64,000 nt of DNA from Hyalangium minutum (GTDB lineage: Bacteria > Myxococcota > Myxococcia > Myxococcales > Myxococcaceae), in NCBI RefSeq assembly GCF_000737315.1, contig NZ_JMCB01000025.1:1-64000 (forward strand), written 5' to 3'. Position 1 is the stretch's first letter; each line of letters opens with the position of its first letter. Under the pieces are notes generated by a model, which saw nothing but the letters and a program-made list of their open reading frames with translations, ran no database searches and was not told the DNA's origin. Position numbers and translations under genes: made by a program. Of this stretch, positions 34,798-46,285 are shown piece after piece.

Positions 34798-35717
34798 GTA
34801 CCGTTCATGAGCGGCTCCGCCGCCTGCTGTTCCTCGTGCCCTACGTCTCCAAGCACCCCGGCGTGTCGGTGGATGATCTGGCCAAGGCCCTCAACGTGAA
34901 GCGCGAGGACCTGCTGGAGGAGCTGGATCTGCTCACCTGCGTGGGCCGTCCGCCGTTCAACCCGGACGACTACGTGGACATCTACGTGGACAATGATCGC
35001 GTCTACGTGGACCTGGATCAGCGCCTGTCCCGCCCTCCGCGCTTGACCGCGGGTGAGGCCGCCGCCCTGGCCGCCGCCGCCGAGCTGTTGCGCCCGGCCG
35101 CCGGAGACGCGCTCCAGAGCGCTCTGCAGAAGCTGGAGAAGATCCTCCCGGCCGGCGCCCGCGAGCGCTATCGGGAGATGTACCGGAAGATCGACGCGTC
35201 CACGGATGCCCCGCAGTCGCTGGGGCCGCTCACGCGCGCCATCCTGGAGCGGCGCGAGGTGACGTTCGACTACGCCAGCCCGGGCCGTCCCTCCGAGCCT
35301 CGGCAGGTGCGCCCGTACGAGCTGCTCAGCCACCGCGGGCAGTGGTACCTCCAGGGCTTCTGCCACACCCGGCAGGACGCGCGGCTGTTCCGCCTGGACC
35401 GCATGGAGAACCTGTCGCTGACGGACACCACCTTCCAGCCGCCGGAGAACGCGCGCGCCGCGGTGCCCAACCCTGCTCGCACGGATGCGGGTGTCCGGGT
35501 GCGCTTCTCCAAGCTGGTGGCGCCGTACGTTACGGAGCGCTTCGGCTCGGACGCCCGGCCGCTGGCCGACGGGGGAGTCGAGGTCCGCGTCGTGAGCGAT
35601 TCGGAGCGCTGGCTGACGCAGTGGGTCCTGTCCTTCGGAGGGGAGGCGGAGGTGGTGGAACCGGCCTCCGCGCGCGCAGCCGTTGCCCGAGCCGCCCAAG
35701 CCTCGCTAGGATTCTAA
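34794..35717 (+). CDS. PafC-like HTH-WYL-WCX transcriptional regulator
   Basis: RLLFLVPYV...LLTCVGRPPFNPDDYVDI (PafC-type); VRPYEL...WYLQGFCHTRQDARLFRLDRM; WVLSFGGEAEVVEP; ATGA overlap with the upstream gene. Confidence 0.88.
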   Translation: MSTVHERLRRLLFLVPYVSKHPGVSVDDLAKALNVKREDLLEELDLLTCVGRPPFNPDDYVDIYVDNDRVYVDLDQRLSRPPRLTAGEAAALAAAAELLRPAAGDALQSALQKLEKILPAGARERYREMYRKIDASTDAPQSLGPLTRAILERREVTFDYASPGRPSEPRQVRPYELLSHRGQWYLQGFCHTRQDARLFRLDRMENLSLTDTTFQPPENARAAVPNPARTDAGVRVRFSKLVAPYVTERFGSDARPLADGGVEVRVVSDSERWLTQWVLSFGGEAEVVEPASARAAVARAAQASLGF

Positions 35718-35724
35718 GAAATCC

Positions 35725-37359
35725 ATGGGCTTCCAGCTGAAGATTGCCGAGGGCAAGGACGCGGGTAAGGAGTTCGAGTTCGATCAGGAGTCCGTCCTGA
35801 TCGGCCGGACTCCCGAATGCGACGTTGTGCTCTACGACGCCGGCGTGTCGCGCAAGCACTGCCGCATCTTCAACGAGGGCAGCGACTTCCTCATCGAGGA
35901 CATGGGCAGCTCCAACGGCACCAAGGTGAACGGAGCGGCCATCACCCGGAAGCAGGCGCTGGCCACCGGGGACAAGCTGACGCTGGGGCCGGTGGTCTTC
36001 GTCTTCGAGGCCATGCTGGATCAGGCCGAGGAGCCCAGCACGGACGCGGGCGTCGACCTGCCCCCTGCGGAGCCCGGCACGGATGCGAACAGCACGCGCA
36101 TCGTCTCCGTGGACAAGGTGAAGCCGCGCGCCAAGAACAAGGGCGAGGCATTCAAGCCCGAGGGCGCGGAGGCCGAGCCGGAGAACCTGGACAAGATCCA
36201 GCGCTCCGCCACGCGTGCTCTGCCCGCGGTGCGGCCGAACCGCCCGGCCACTGGTAACGTTCCGCGGACCTCTGGCTCTTCGGCCGCGGTGCCTCGGGCC
36301 TCTGGTCCGTCAGGCTCCATCGAGCGTGTGAGTGGAGCCTCGCCCGTGCCTCGCCGGTCCGGTGGCAGCGGCGCGGTGGCGCGTGCGGCACCCAAGGAGG
36401 GCGCGCTGTCCGCCGCCGAGAAGGCCCGCATCAAGCGCGAGTCTCCGGGTCCCCTCGCGGCGGCGAAGCTCTTCTGGCTTCAGGCCAGCACCAATGTGCG
36501 CCGCGGCATCCTGGGAGGAGTCGGGGTGCTGGCGCTCGCTCTGGTGGCGACCGCGTACTACTACGTGATCAGCCAGGACATCGGCCTGGGCGGCCCACGC
36601 CGCGGGCCCGAGCCCATGGAGTTGAGCAACAAGGCCATCCCGGACGTGTTCGGTTTGGGCGAGGGCGTCGACTACCCCAAAGCGGACCTGAAGAACTTCA
36701 CCTGGGAGTACACCGCCGCGACGCGCGCGGTGGTCATTCTCCACTTCCAGGCGCAGGGCATCTCCCAGGGCGAGGTGGTGGTGACGGTGAACGGCGTGGA
36801 CGTGGGCCAGGTGCCCGCGGACACACTGGCCAGCCGCGACCGCTCGCTGGAGATCATGATCCCGCCCAACCTGCTCAAGAAGGGCGAGACCAACCGCATC
36901 GTCTTCGACAACACGAAGAACCCGCCGGGCGAGGACGAGTGGCGCATCTGGAACGTGCGCGTGGAGAAGGCGCTGCTGCCGGATCTGCCGCCGGATGAGC
37001 TGGTGGCGAAGGCCAAGGAGGCCTACTCGCGCGGCCGGCTGAACTTCGAGCGCATGGACGTGGGCGCGCGCAACCGCTACGAGGCGTGGAAGTCCTTCCG
37101 CGAGGCGTGGCTGCTGCTGGAGGCCCACCCCGAGCCCAAGCCGGACCTCTACTTCGAGGCCAAGGACCGAATGAAGGACGCGCAGCAGGAGATGGACAAG
37201 ACGTGCGCCAAGCTGCTGCTGGAGACGGAGGGCTACTACAACCAGCGCAACTTCAAGAACGCCCGGGACACGCTGGATCACATCCGCGAGTACTTCCCGG
37301 AGTATGATCAGCCCTGCGCCACGCACGCCGAGAACAAGCGCGCGGAGTACGGCTTCTAG
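35725..37359 (+). CDS. FHA domain, single-TM protein with C-terminal helical (TPR-like) region
   Basis: LIGRTPECDVVLYDAGVSRKH...DMGSSNGT; low-complexity linker; TM GILGGVGVLALALVATAYYYV. Confidence 0.85.
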   Translation: MGFQLKIAEGKDAGKEFEFDQESVLIGRTPECDVVLYDAGVSRKHCRIFNEGSDFLIEDMGSSNGTKVNGAAITRKQALATGDKLTLGPVVFVFEAMLDQAEEPSTDAGVDLPPAEPGTDANSTRIVSVDKVKPRAKNKGEAFKPEGAEAEPENLDKIQRSATRALPAVRPNRPATGNVPRTSGSSAAVPRASGPSGSIERVSGASPVPRRSGGSGAVARAAPKEGALSAAEKARIKRESPGPLAAAKLFWLQASTNVRRGILGGVGVLALALVATAYYYVISQDIGLGGPRRGPEPMELSNKAIPDVFGLGEGVDYPKADLKNFTWEYTAATRAVVILHFQAQGISQGEVVVTVNGVDVGQVPADTLASRDRSLEIMIPPNLLKKGETNRIVFDNTKNPPGEDEWRIWNVRVEKALLPDLPPDELVAKAKEAYSRGRLNFERMDVGARNRYEAWKSFREAWLLLEAHPEPKPDLYFEAKDRMKDAQQEMDKTCAKLLLETEGYYNQRNFKNARDTLDHIREYFPEYDQPCATHAENKRAEYGF

Positions 37360-37458
37360 CCTTCCGTCTGGTCGTGGACATTGCAGTGCCGCAGGTAAGG
37401 CGAGCGCGCCTGCCAGTGGGTTGCCGCGCCGCTGGAGCATCCTCACCCTACCCTTGCC

Positions 37459-38760
37459 ATGTACGAGCAGGGGGTGGGAAGCGAGCGGGTGGGGTTGGCG
37501 CGGATCGACGATCGTCCGGCGCGAGTGGAGTCCAACGTGCGGGCGGGGCAGGGGCGGAGTCCATGCCCGCTCCCCCAGCATGAGGTCGTCTGGAGCCCGT
37601 CGGTTCCCAACCGGCTGCTGGCGCGCTTCTATCTGCCGCGCAGCCACTCGGTGCTCCAGGGGAACTCCTGCCAGCTGTTGAGGGATGGCGTGGAGGCGTA
37701 CCCGGCCATGATCGAGGCCATTCGGAGCGCCCGGCGCTACGTCCGCCTCGAGACGTACATGTTCATCACCGACGCGGTGGGCGAGCTGTTCGGCCAGGCG
37801 CTGGCCGAAGCGGCCGAGCGGGGCGTCCACGTGAAGGTGCTCTATGACGCGATGGGCTCATGGACGAGCCGCCGCGGCGTCTTCGAATCGCTGCGCCAGC
37901 GCGGGGTGGACATCCGCCCCTTCAAGCCCCTGAGCCTGAGCCGGGGGCTGCGCTACCTGATGCGGCGGGACCACCGGAAGATCCTCGTGGTGGATGGGAA
38001 GGTGGCCTTCGTGGGCGGGGTGAACATCTCCGCGCACTGGGCACCACCGGAGGGGCAGGGCGGGGGCTGGCGCGACGACGTGCTGCGCATCGAGGGGCCA
38101 GCGGTGCATGAAATCGAGCGCCGCTTCCTGGCCACCTGGCGCATGGCCTTCCAGGAAGGCTTGGAGCGCGTCCGCTACCGGATGCAGGGGCTGCGGCACC
38201 TGCGGCGGCCGGGGCCTCCCAAGGGCAACGTGTGCCTGACGGTGCTCTCCAGCCGGCGCAGCATCCACCGGGCGTACCTGCACGCCATCTCCCGGGCGCG
38301 GCGGAGCGTGCTGATCGCCGCGGCGTACTTCGTGCCGGATCGGCGCATGGTGGCGGTGCTGCGCGAGGCGGCCCAGCGCGGCGTGGAGGTGAGCCTGCTG
38401 CTCAACGGCCGCAGCGATCACCCCTTCCTGGAGCACTGCACGCGAGCCTTCTACGAGAAGCTGCTCAGCGCGGGCGTCCGCATCTTCGAGTGGCAGCGCG
38501 GGGTGCTGCACGCGAAGACGGCGGTGGTGGACGGCGTGTGGGGCACGCTGGGCTCGTTCAACCTGGAGCGCATGAGCCTGGCCTTCAACCACGAGGTGAA
38601 CGCCGTCTTCGCCGATCCTCAGCTGGGGCGCACGGTGGAGGAGTCGTTCCGCAACGACTGTGGCACCTGCCGCGAGGTGAGCCTGGAGGAGTTCCGCCGC
38701 CGGCCGTTCTGGCAGAAGGTCGTCGAGCGCGTGCTCTACTTCTTCCGGAAGATCCTCTAA
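37459..38760 (+). CDS. phospholipase D superfamily protein, cardiolipin synthase ClsB-like (start uncertain)
   Basis: two HKD motifs HRKILVVDG and HAKTAVVDG; LETYMF, YDAMGS, GSFNL. Confidence 0.88.
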   Translation: MYEQGVGSERVGLARIDDRPARVESNVRAGQGRSPCPLPQHEVVWSPSVPNRLLARFYLPRSHSVLQGNSCQLLRDGVEAYPAMIEAIRSARRYVRLETYMFITDAVGELFGQALAEAAERGVHVKVLYDAMGSWTSRRGVFESLRQRGVDIRPFKPLSLSRGLRYLMRRDHRKILVVDGKVAFVGGVNISAHWAPPEGQGGGWRDDVLRIEGPAVHEIERRFLATWRMAFQEGLERVRYRMQGLRHLRRPGPPKGNVCLTVLSSRRSIHRAYLHAISRARRSVLIAAAYFVPDRRMVAVLREAAQRGVEVSLLLNGRSDHPFLEHCTRAFYEKLLSAGVRIFEWQRGVLHAKTAVVDGVWGTLGSFNLERMSLAFNHEVNAVFADPQLGRTVEESFRNDCGTCREVSLEEFRRRPFWQKVVERVLYFFRKIL

Positions 38761-38916
38761 CCTCGCGGAGGGCTGGAAAGTCCCACGATATCAGAGGCTT
38801 GGGGCCCGAAAAGGGCCTTGTCCGGCCTTTGACCGAGTGCGTAGGAACTCTTTGCAAGCCGCCCTGTGCAGGCTTACAAGACCGCCGACTTCGGACGGGA
38901 AGGACGGCGAACGCAC

Positions 38917-41649
<2,733 letters not shown>

Positions 41650-41675
41650 CGCGAAGCATCATCTGAGTCACAGCT

Positions 41676-41706
41676 GGCCCGGTGTTCCCTCGAGGATCAC
41701 CGGGCC
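41676..41706. terminator. hairpin between convergent acnA and the TIGR02270 gene
   Basis: GGCCCGGTG (41676-41684) pairs with CACCGGGCC (41698-41706). Confidence 0.6.
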
Positions 41707-41721
41707 GTTGTGTTTCTGGAG

Positions 41722-43035
41722 CTACCTGCGGAAGGGGCGCGAGCCGCGGTGGTCTTCCCACCACTGCTGCCACTGATCGATGGCGGCGCGTTGACGGCGG
41801 ATGGGCCAGTCAGGCTCGAAGCCAATGGCCTGCTGGGAGTGGATGCGGAGTTCCTGAGCGGCGCGCTCGCGGACGTCGAAGGGGCTGTGAGGGTCGGCAA
41901 GCTCCTCGACACAGATGCCGAGGGTCAGCGGCTTGCCGCGCCGGAAGCGCTTGGCGCCAGAGAAGCGGGGAGCGTGACCGTCCCACCATTGCGTCCAGGT
42001 GATGGCGTCCGTAGAGGGGAGACGGATCACGCGGCCAGGCTCCGGTCCATCCGCGCCTTCCTCCAGGGCTCGGGCGGTCACGTAGAGGTTGGCGCCTGTC
42101 ATGAGGTTGAGCGCGGTGCCAGCCGCCAGCCGGACTTCGAGCGCATCCGAGGCGAGGTGCTCGATGAGGAAGGGGACGGAGGAGGGGACCCCCAGGATGC
42201 CGAGCGCCGCGATGGCTCGGGGGGCCAGCTTCGGGTGGGCGCAGAGCTTCTGAAGGAGGGGGAGGTCCCCCTCTTCCCCCGCCATGGCGAGTAAGCGGGG
42301 GAACCCGCCGGGCAGGTCGCCACCGGCTTGGCAGGCCTGGCGGCAGTGCTTCAGCGCACGGGGAGAGCCCAGGCAGAGGGCTGCGAAAGCCAGAGATTCC
42401 CACTCCGAGACAGGAACGAACTGGAGCAGGTTCTCAATGGTTGTGACTGCGGGCCGGTAGCCGAGCCGGGCCAGCGCCATGACCGCGGCACTGCGCACCT
42501 CCAGCGAGGCATCCTCAAGCAGGGGGAGAAGCCGCTCGGCAGTGCCTTCATTGCGGCGCCCCAGGATGCGGGCTGCGGTGGCGCGCACCTCGGAGCGCGG
42601 GGAGGCGAGCAGACCGGCCACGCGCTCAGCAATTCGAGGATGCTCGGAGAGCACGAGTACCTCCTCCCAAACATGGAGCAAGTCCGCGGCAGTCTCTTCC
42701 ACCGTGTCTAGCGCCTCGCTCAGTCCATCGGTTCCGTCCTTCTGCTGGAAGGAAATGATGGCGTAAGCTCCCGCAGTGACCTGGGACTCGTCGCCACCCG
42801 CCATGGCTTCCCGCGCTAGCTCAAGAGCAAGAGTGCCTCCCACACGCATTGCATCGACATGTGCTTCAATCCGGTCATCTAGATCGCCGAGCTTGGTCCA
42901 GGGGGAGTCGGGGGCATGCGCACATCGCTTTCGTTGGCCAAGCAGAAACTCAATCTCGGAGAGATGCTCCTCATGAAATGCGAGGAGGAACTTCGCGAGT
43001 CCTGGGTGCTGTGAAAGAGAGGGAAGTGCTTTCAT
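41722..43035 (-). CDS. TIGR02270 family HEAT-repeat protein (T6SS vgrG-cluster accessory); possible TTG start at 43083
   Basis: EEHLSEIEFLLGQR...LDDRIEAHVDAM N-terminus; HEAT-like repeats; C-terminal RFRRGKP...ERAAQELRI. Confidence 0.8.
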   Translation of the reverse strand: MKALPSLSQHPGLAKFLLAFHEEHLSEIEFLLGQRKRCAHAPDSPWTKLGDLDDRIEAHVDAMRVGGTLALELAREAMAGGDESQVTAGAYAIISFQQKDGTDGLSEALDTVEETAADLLHVWEEVLVLSEHPRIAERVAGLLASPRSEVRATAARILGRRNEGTAERLLPLLEDASLEVRSAAVMALARLGYRPAVTTIENLLQFVPVSEWESLAFAALCLGSPRALKHCRQACQAGGDLPGGFPRLLAMAGEEGDLPLLQKLCAHPKLAPRAIAALGILGVPSSVPFLIEHLASDALEVRLAAGTALNLMTGANLYVTARALEEGADGPEPGRVIRLPSTDAITWTQWWDGHAPRFSGAKRFRRGKPLTLGICVEELADPHSPFDVRERAAQELRIHSQQAIGFEPDWPIRRQRAAIDQWQQWWEDHRGSRPFRR

Positions 43036-43122
43036 GTCAGGTGAGTTGATGACACATGCGAGCTTTGTACGCACTCCCCTCAACCTTCTGCGAAGGCTTC
43101 GGGATCAACGGGAGCACTCACC

Positions 43123-44157
43123 ATGACAGGGGAGGTTGTCCTAGGGCTAGGCCTTTGTACCCCCGTGGGAATATCGGCGCAGATGTCGCTCGCATCCATG
43201 CGGGCAGGGATCTTACGCTTCGTGGAAACAGAGGTGGAAGACGGCTTCGACGAACCCGTACGGGCCTCGCGACTTGAGCTCTTGGAGACGTCTCTGACAC
43301 GTACCGAGCGAATGATCCTCCTTGGGCGAGAGGCACTCGCGGAGGTGAGGCATCTGTTCGCGGGAGCACAGGCGAAGCCAATTCCTCTGTATCTGGGAAT
43401 ACCGGAGCCTGGGATAGGCGCAGCGGTAGAGCGAGAACCCCTGCTGGCCGCGTTGCAGGAGGTGGCAGGGGAGCAAGTCAGGTTCATGGAAGTACAAGAA
43501 GGAGGTCGTGCTGCATTCTTCGAGGCGTTGGTTGCTGCACGGGAAGACCTGCGGTCAGGTAGGGCCGGCCATGTGGCGCTGGTGGGGGCAGTGGATTCGC
43601 TATGCGATAGAGTTTCGCTGAACGCACTAGCGGAGGCGAGAGTGCATCTCGGGCCTGAAAATCCGGATGGCCGGATCCCAGGTGAGGCAGCCGGATTTGT
43701 CGTTGTCGCCCGTCCGGGCGGTCCAAAAGCGGTGAGTCGTCAAGCGTTGGGAGTGGTTTTAGGCGCCGAACTGGCGATGGAACCCCTGCCCTTCAGCTGT
43801 CAGGGGCCAAGCCAAGCGGACGGACTGACTAGGTTATTCCGGAACTTGAGCCGAGACCCGGTAGCAGGAGCACGACGCATGGACGCAGTCCTGGCCTGTC
43901 AACCCGGAGAGTCATTCTGGTCCACGGAGTTTTCGAGAGCTTACCTTCGAAACGCGGCATGGATGCCTGAGCCGCTGCGATGGAGGTCTGCAGGAGAGTT
44001 CCTTGGCGATGCGGGAGCAGGGGCGGGTCCTGTCATGTTAGGCGCAGCACTCTCTTGGGCAACTCGACAGGCTGAGCAGTCGCGGACTGTGGTCTATGGG
44101 TGCTCAGATGGAGGACGGGTGGGCGCCTGTGTCGTAGAGACGTTCTCAGCGGGATGA
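43123..44157 (+). CDS. thiolase/beta-ketoacyl synthase-like T6SS adaptor (PRK06147-like)
   Basis: LGLCTPVG...ASMRAGI, GRAAFFEAL, LVGAVDS, IPGEAAGF, GEFLGDAGAGAG; directly upstream of DUF4150 gene. Confidence 0.82.
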   Translation: MTGEVVLGLGLCTPVGISAQMSLASMRAGILRFVETEVEDGFDEPVRASRLELLETSLTRTERMILLGREALAEVRHLFAGAQAKPIPLYLGIPEPGIGAAVEREPLLAALQEVAGEQVRFMEVQEGGRAAFFEALVAAREDLRSGRAGHVALVGAVDSLCDRVSLNALAEARVHLGPENPDGRIPGEAAGFVVVARPGGPKAVSRQALGVVLGAELAMEPLPFSCQGPSQADGLTRLFRNLSRDPVAGARRMDAVLACQPGESFWSTEFSRAYLRNAAWMPEPLRWRSAGEFLGDAGAGAGPVMLGAALSWATRQAEQSRTVVYGCSDGGRVGACVVETFSAG

Positions 44158-44169
44158 AGAGGAGGATCC

Positions 44170-45510
44170 ATGGCAGACGTTTTCGCCAACGGCCGTTCCA
44201 TTCTCCACAAGGGGGATGGCAACACTCACGTCTCGGCACCACCCGATGTTTGCAAAGTGCCGACACCCGGAGGACCTGTTCCTACTCCCTTCGTGAACTC
44301 AGCTCAGGATTCGATGCTCGACAAGGGCAGCCAAACGACGACCATCGAGGGGCACCCGATTGCGCTGGCGGATTCTGAGCTCAGTGTCAGCTCCGGGGAC
44401 GAACCTGGGACGGCTGGAGGCCTCGTGTCCTCCAAGTTCAAGGGGAAGATGGCTTGGAGCGCCGTCAGCACGGACGTCAAGGTCGAAGGCAAGGGAGTAG
44501 CGCGGTTCTTGGATCCCACCCTGCACAACGGCAATACCTTCAACATCTGTTTCATCTCCCGGGGAGGAACCGGGCTGGCGTATGGCGACGATGCGAAGTG
44601 CCCAGCATGCGGGCAGGCTGGACGGAAGCATCGAGTACTCGAGACGCCTCTGGCCAAAGGGGCTGTCGGAGCCATCTTCCTGGAGCTCGACAAGCGCCTC
44701 AAAGAACAGAAACCTTTGATCGAACAACACCGCAAGTTGCGAGCAAAGCGCAAGGCGCTGACAGTCAAGTCAGAGAGAGAAGCCAACGCGGCGTCGTTGT
44801 CTCTAAAGCCAAAAGAAATGCAAAAGCAGCAGTTGATGCTGCTTCGTGAGCAAGCCATCGCGCAGAAGTTGATCGCGAAGCTCCAAGAGATTGGTCCTCA
44901 GATTCATAAGATTGACGGTGAACTCAAGCCTGAGTACGACAAGATAAAGGAGATGAGGCGTAGGTATAAAGCTGAGATAGATAAGATCAGCCAAGAGATG
45001 AATAGGATCAACGAGGAGATTGACCAGAAAAACCCGGTGCTGGACCTCAATGATCAGGAAGGCACATTCGTCGATGGCTACATGGTAGGGGCCTGCATCT
45101 GTAAGTGCGTCGGCAAGGAGCCGAAGATGCTTGCTGCTCGTTCTGGAGCTTCCAATGCGGCGTTCAAGACAGCGGCGTCCGCTGCGGGCTTCGAACCGGT
45201 TGCGGGTTTTAGAATGAGCAGCAACCAGCAGGCGCACATCCAGATGGTGGGGCGTGCCAAATGGGAATGTGCCGCTCCCCAACTACTCTCCTCAGGACGG
45301 GCGGGCGGGCACAATGTGAAGACCATGTCAGAGCGCCTCTATGCGCCGGAGGCACGTCCATCTCCTTCTGTGAGGTACAAACGAACGGATACGAAGGGCA
45401 CGAGGAAGAGAGAGGAGCAGTTCAGCCACGGAGACTCAGTCCCTTCCTGTAAAGAATGCCAGAAACTTATTCCGGAAATGCTTTGCTACAACCGACAGGA
45501 ATGCTCTTGA
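44170..45510 (+). CDS. DUF4150 (PAAR-like) T6SS effector: PAAR-like, Zn ribbon, coiled coil, putative deaminase-fold toxin
   Basis: GGAGG RBS; VFANGRSILHKG...PDVCKVPTPGGPVPTPFVN...GDEPG...DVKVEGKGVAR...HNGN; CPACG; WECAAPQLL...MSE...VPSCKEC. Confidence 0.85.
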   Translation: MADVFANGRSILHKGDGNTHVSAPPDVCKVPTPGGPVPTPFVNSAQDSMLDKGSQTTTIEGHPIALADSELSVSSGDEPGTAGGLVSSKFKGKMAWSAVSTDVKVEGKGVARFLDPTLHNGNTFNICFISRGGTGLAYGDDAKCPACGQAGRKHRVLETPLAKGAVGAIFLELDKRLKEQKPLIEQHRKLRAKRKALTVKSEREANAASLSLKPKEMQKQQLMLLREQAIAQKLIAKLQEIGPQIHKIDGELKPEYDKIKEMRRRYKAEIDKISQEMNRINEEIDQKNPVLDLNDQEGTFVDGYMVGACICKCVGKEPKMLAARSGASNAAFKTAASAAGFEPVAGFRMSSNQQAHIQMVGRAKWECAAPQLLSSGRAGGHNVKTMSERLYAPEARPSPSVRYKRTDTKGTRKREEQFSHGDSVPSCKECQKLIPEMLCYNRQECS

Positions 45511-45513
45511 GTC

Positions 45514-46239
45514 ATGAATAAATTGTTGATGCTCCTCCAGCGCTATGTGCCTGACTATCAAAATCTGATTGAAGGAGTTCATGGGTGGGCATTGGAGGAG
45601 TTGGAGGAGGTCTTGGGACGGCCTCTTCCCGGCTTCTATCGGACCTTTGCCACCTTCATGGGCAAGAGGGCAGGGCCCCTTCTTGAACATGTGCATGGTT
45701 ATGATCCGCTCGAAGTGATGGACTTCTATCAGTTGACCCCTGCGTCATACCTGCCGCCAAAGCGGTTTCTATACGTCTTTGGGGATTCTTCGACGGATGC
45801 CCAGCACTACTGGCTGGATTTGGAGGCCCCATCTGAAGACGAGGATTGCCAAGTGGTGAGGATCCCCTTGGGCAAGGAGGCTTGGAAGACCCGGCTCTCC
45901 CAAGCCTATGTCAGTCTCCAGGAAATGCTTTTCGTGTGGGCAATGAGGTATGTGGGGCTTCCGACCTTTGAATATGACGCAGAATATCTGCTCGACATGG
46001 CCCCACCCGACAGTGAGCAAGAGGTGGAGGGGCTGGCTCATGTCTTTGTGAAGCTTGGTTTTGCTCGACTCTCCTATCCTCGGAGATGCATGCTTTTCGA
46101 GCGGGACGATGCTGGTATTGAATTGTATCGGCATCCCTCTGCTTCTGGGCTTTCTTTCCGGGTAGGCATGCAGGGACGGGAGGAGTTCCGGCGCTTTCAG
46201 GCCATCGTCGAAGACATAAAAGGAATAAAGGCAGTGTAG
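45514..46239 (+). CDS. SMI1/KNR4 (SUKH)-like immunity protein
   Basis: GWALEELEEVLGRPLPGFYRTFATFMG pattern; 3 bp after the effector stop; AT-richer codons. Confidence 0.75.
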   Translation: MNKLLMLLQRYVPDYQNLIEGVHGWALEELEEVLGRPLPGFYRTFATFMGKRAGPLLEHVHGYDPLEVMDFYQLTPASYLPPKRFLYVFGDSSTDAQHYWLDLEAPSEDEDCQVVRIPLGKEAWKTRLSQAYVSLQEMLFVWAMRYVGLPTFEYDAEYLLDMAPPDSEQEVEGLAHVFVKLGFARLSYPRRCMLFERDDAGIELYRHPSASGLSFRVGMQGREEFRRFQAIVEDIKGIKAV

Positions 46240-46285
46240 ACGGCCCGGCAGGTCCTCTATGTGCTGGCGGTCTACAGACTTGAGC

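Noticed and set aside
37459-38760. PLD gene near WYL regulators as an anti-phage nuclease module
   Set aside because: Two HKD motifs and a ClsB-like layout indicate a lipid enzyme; no helicase, methylase or other defence genes are adjacent.
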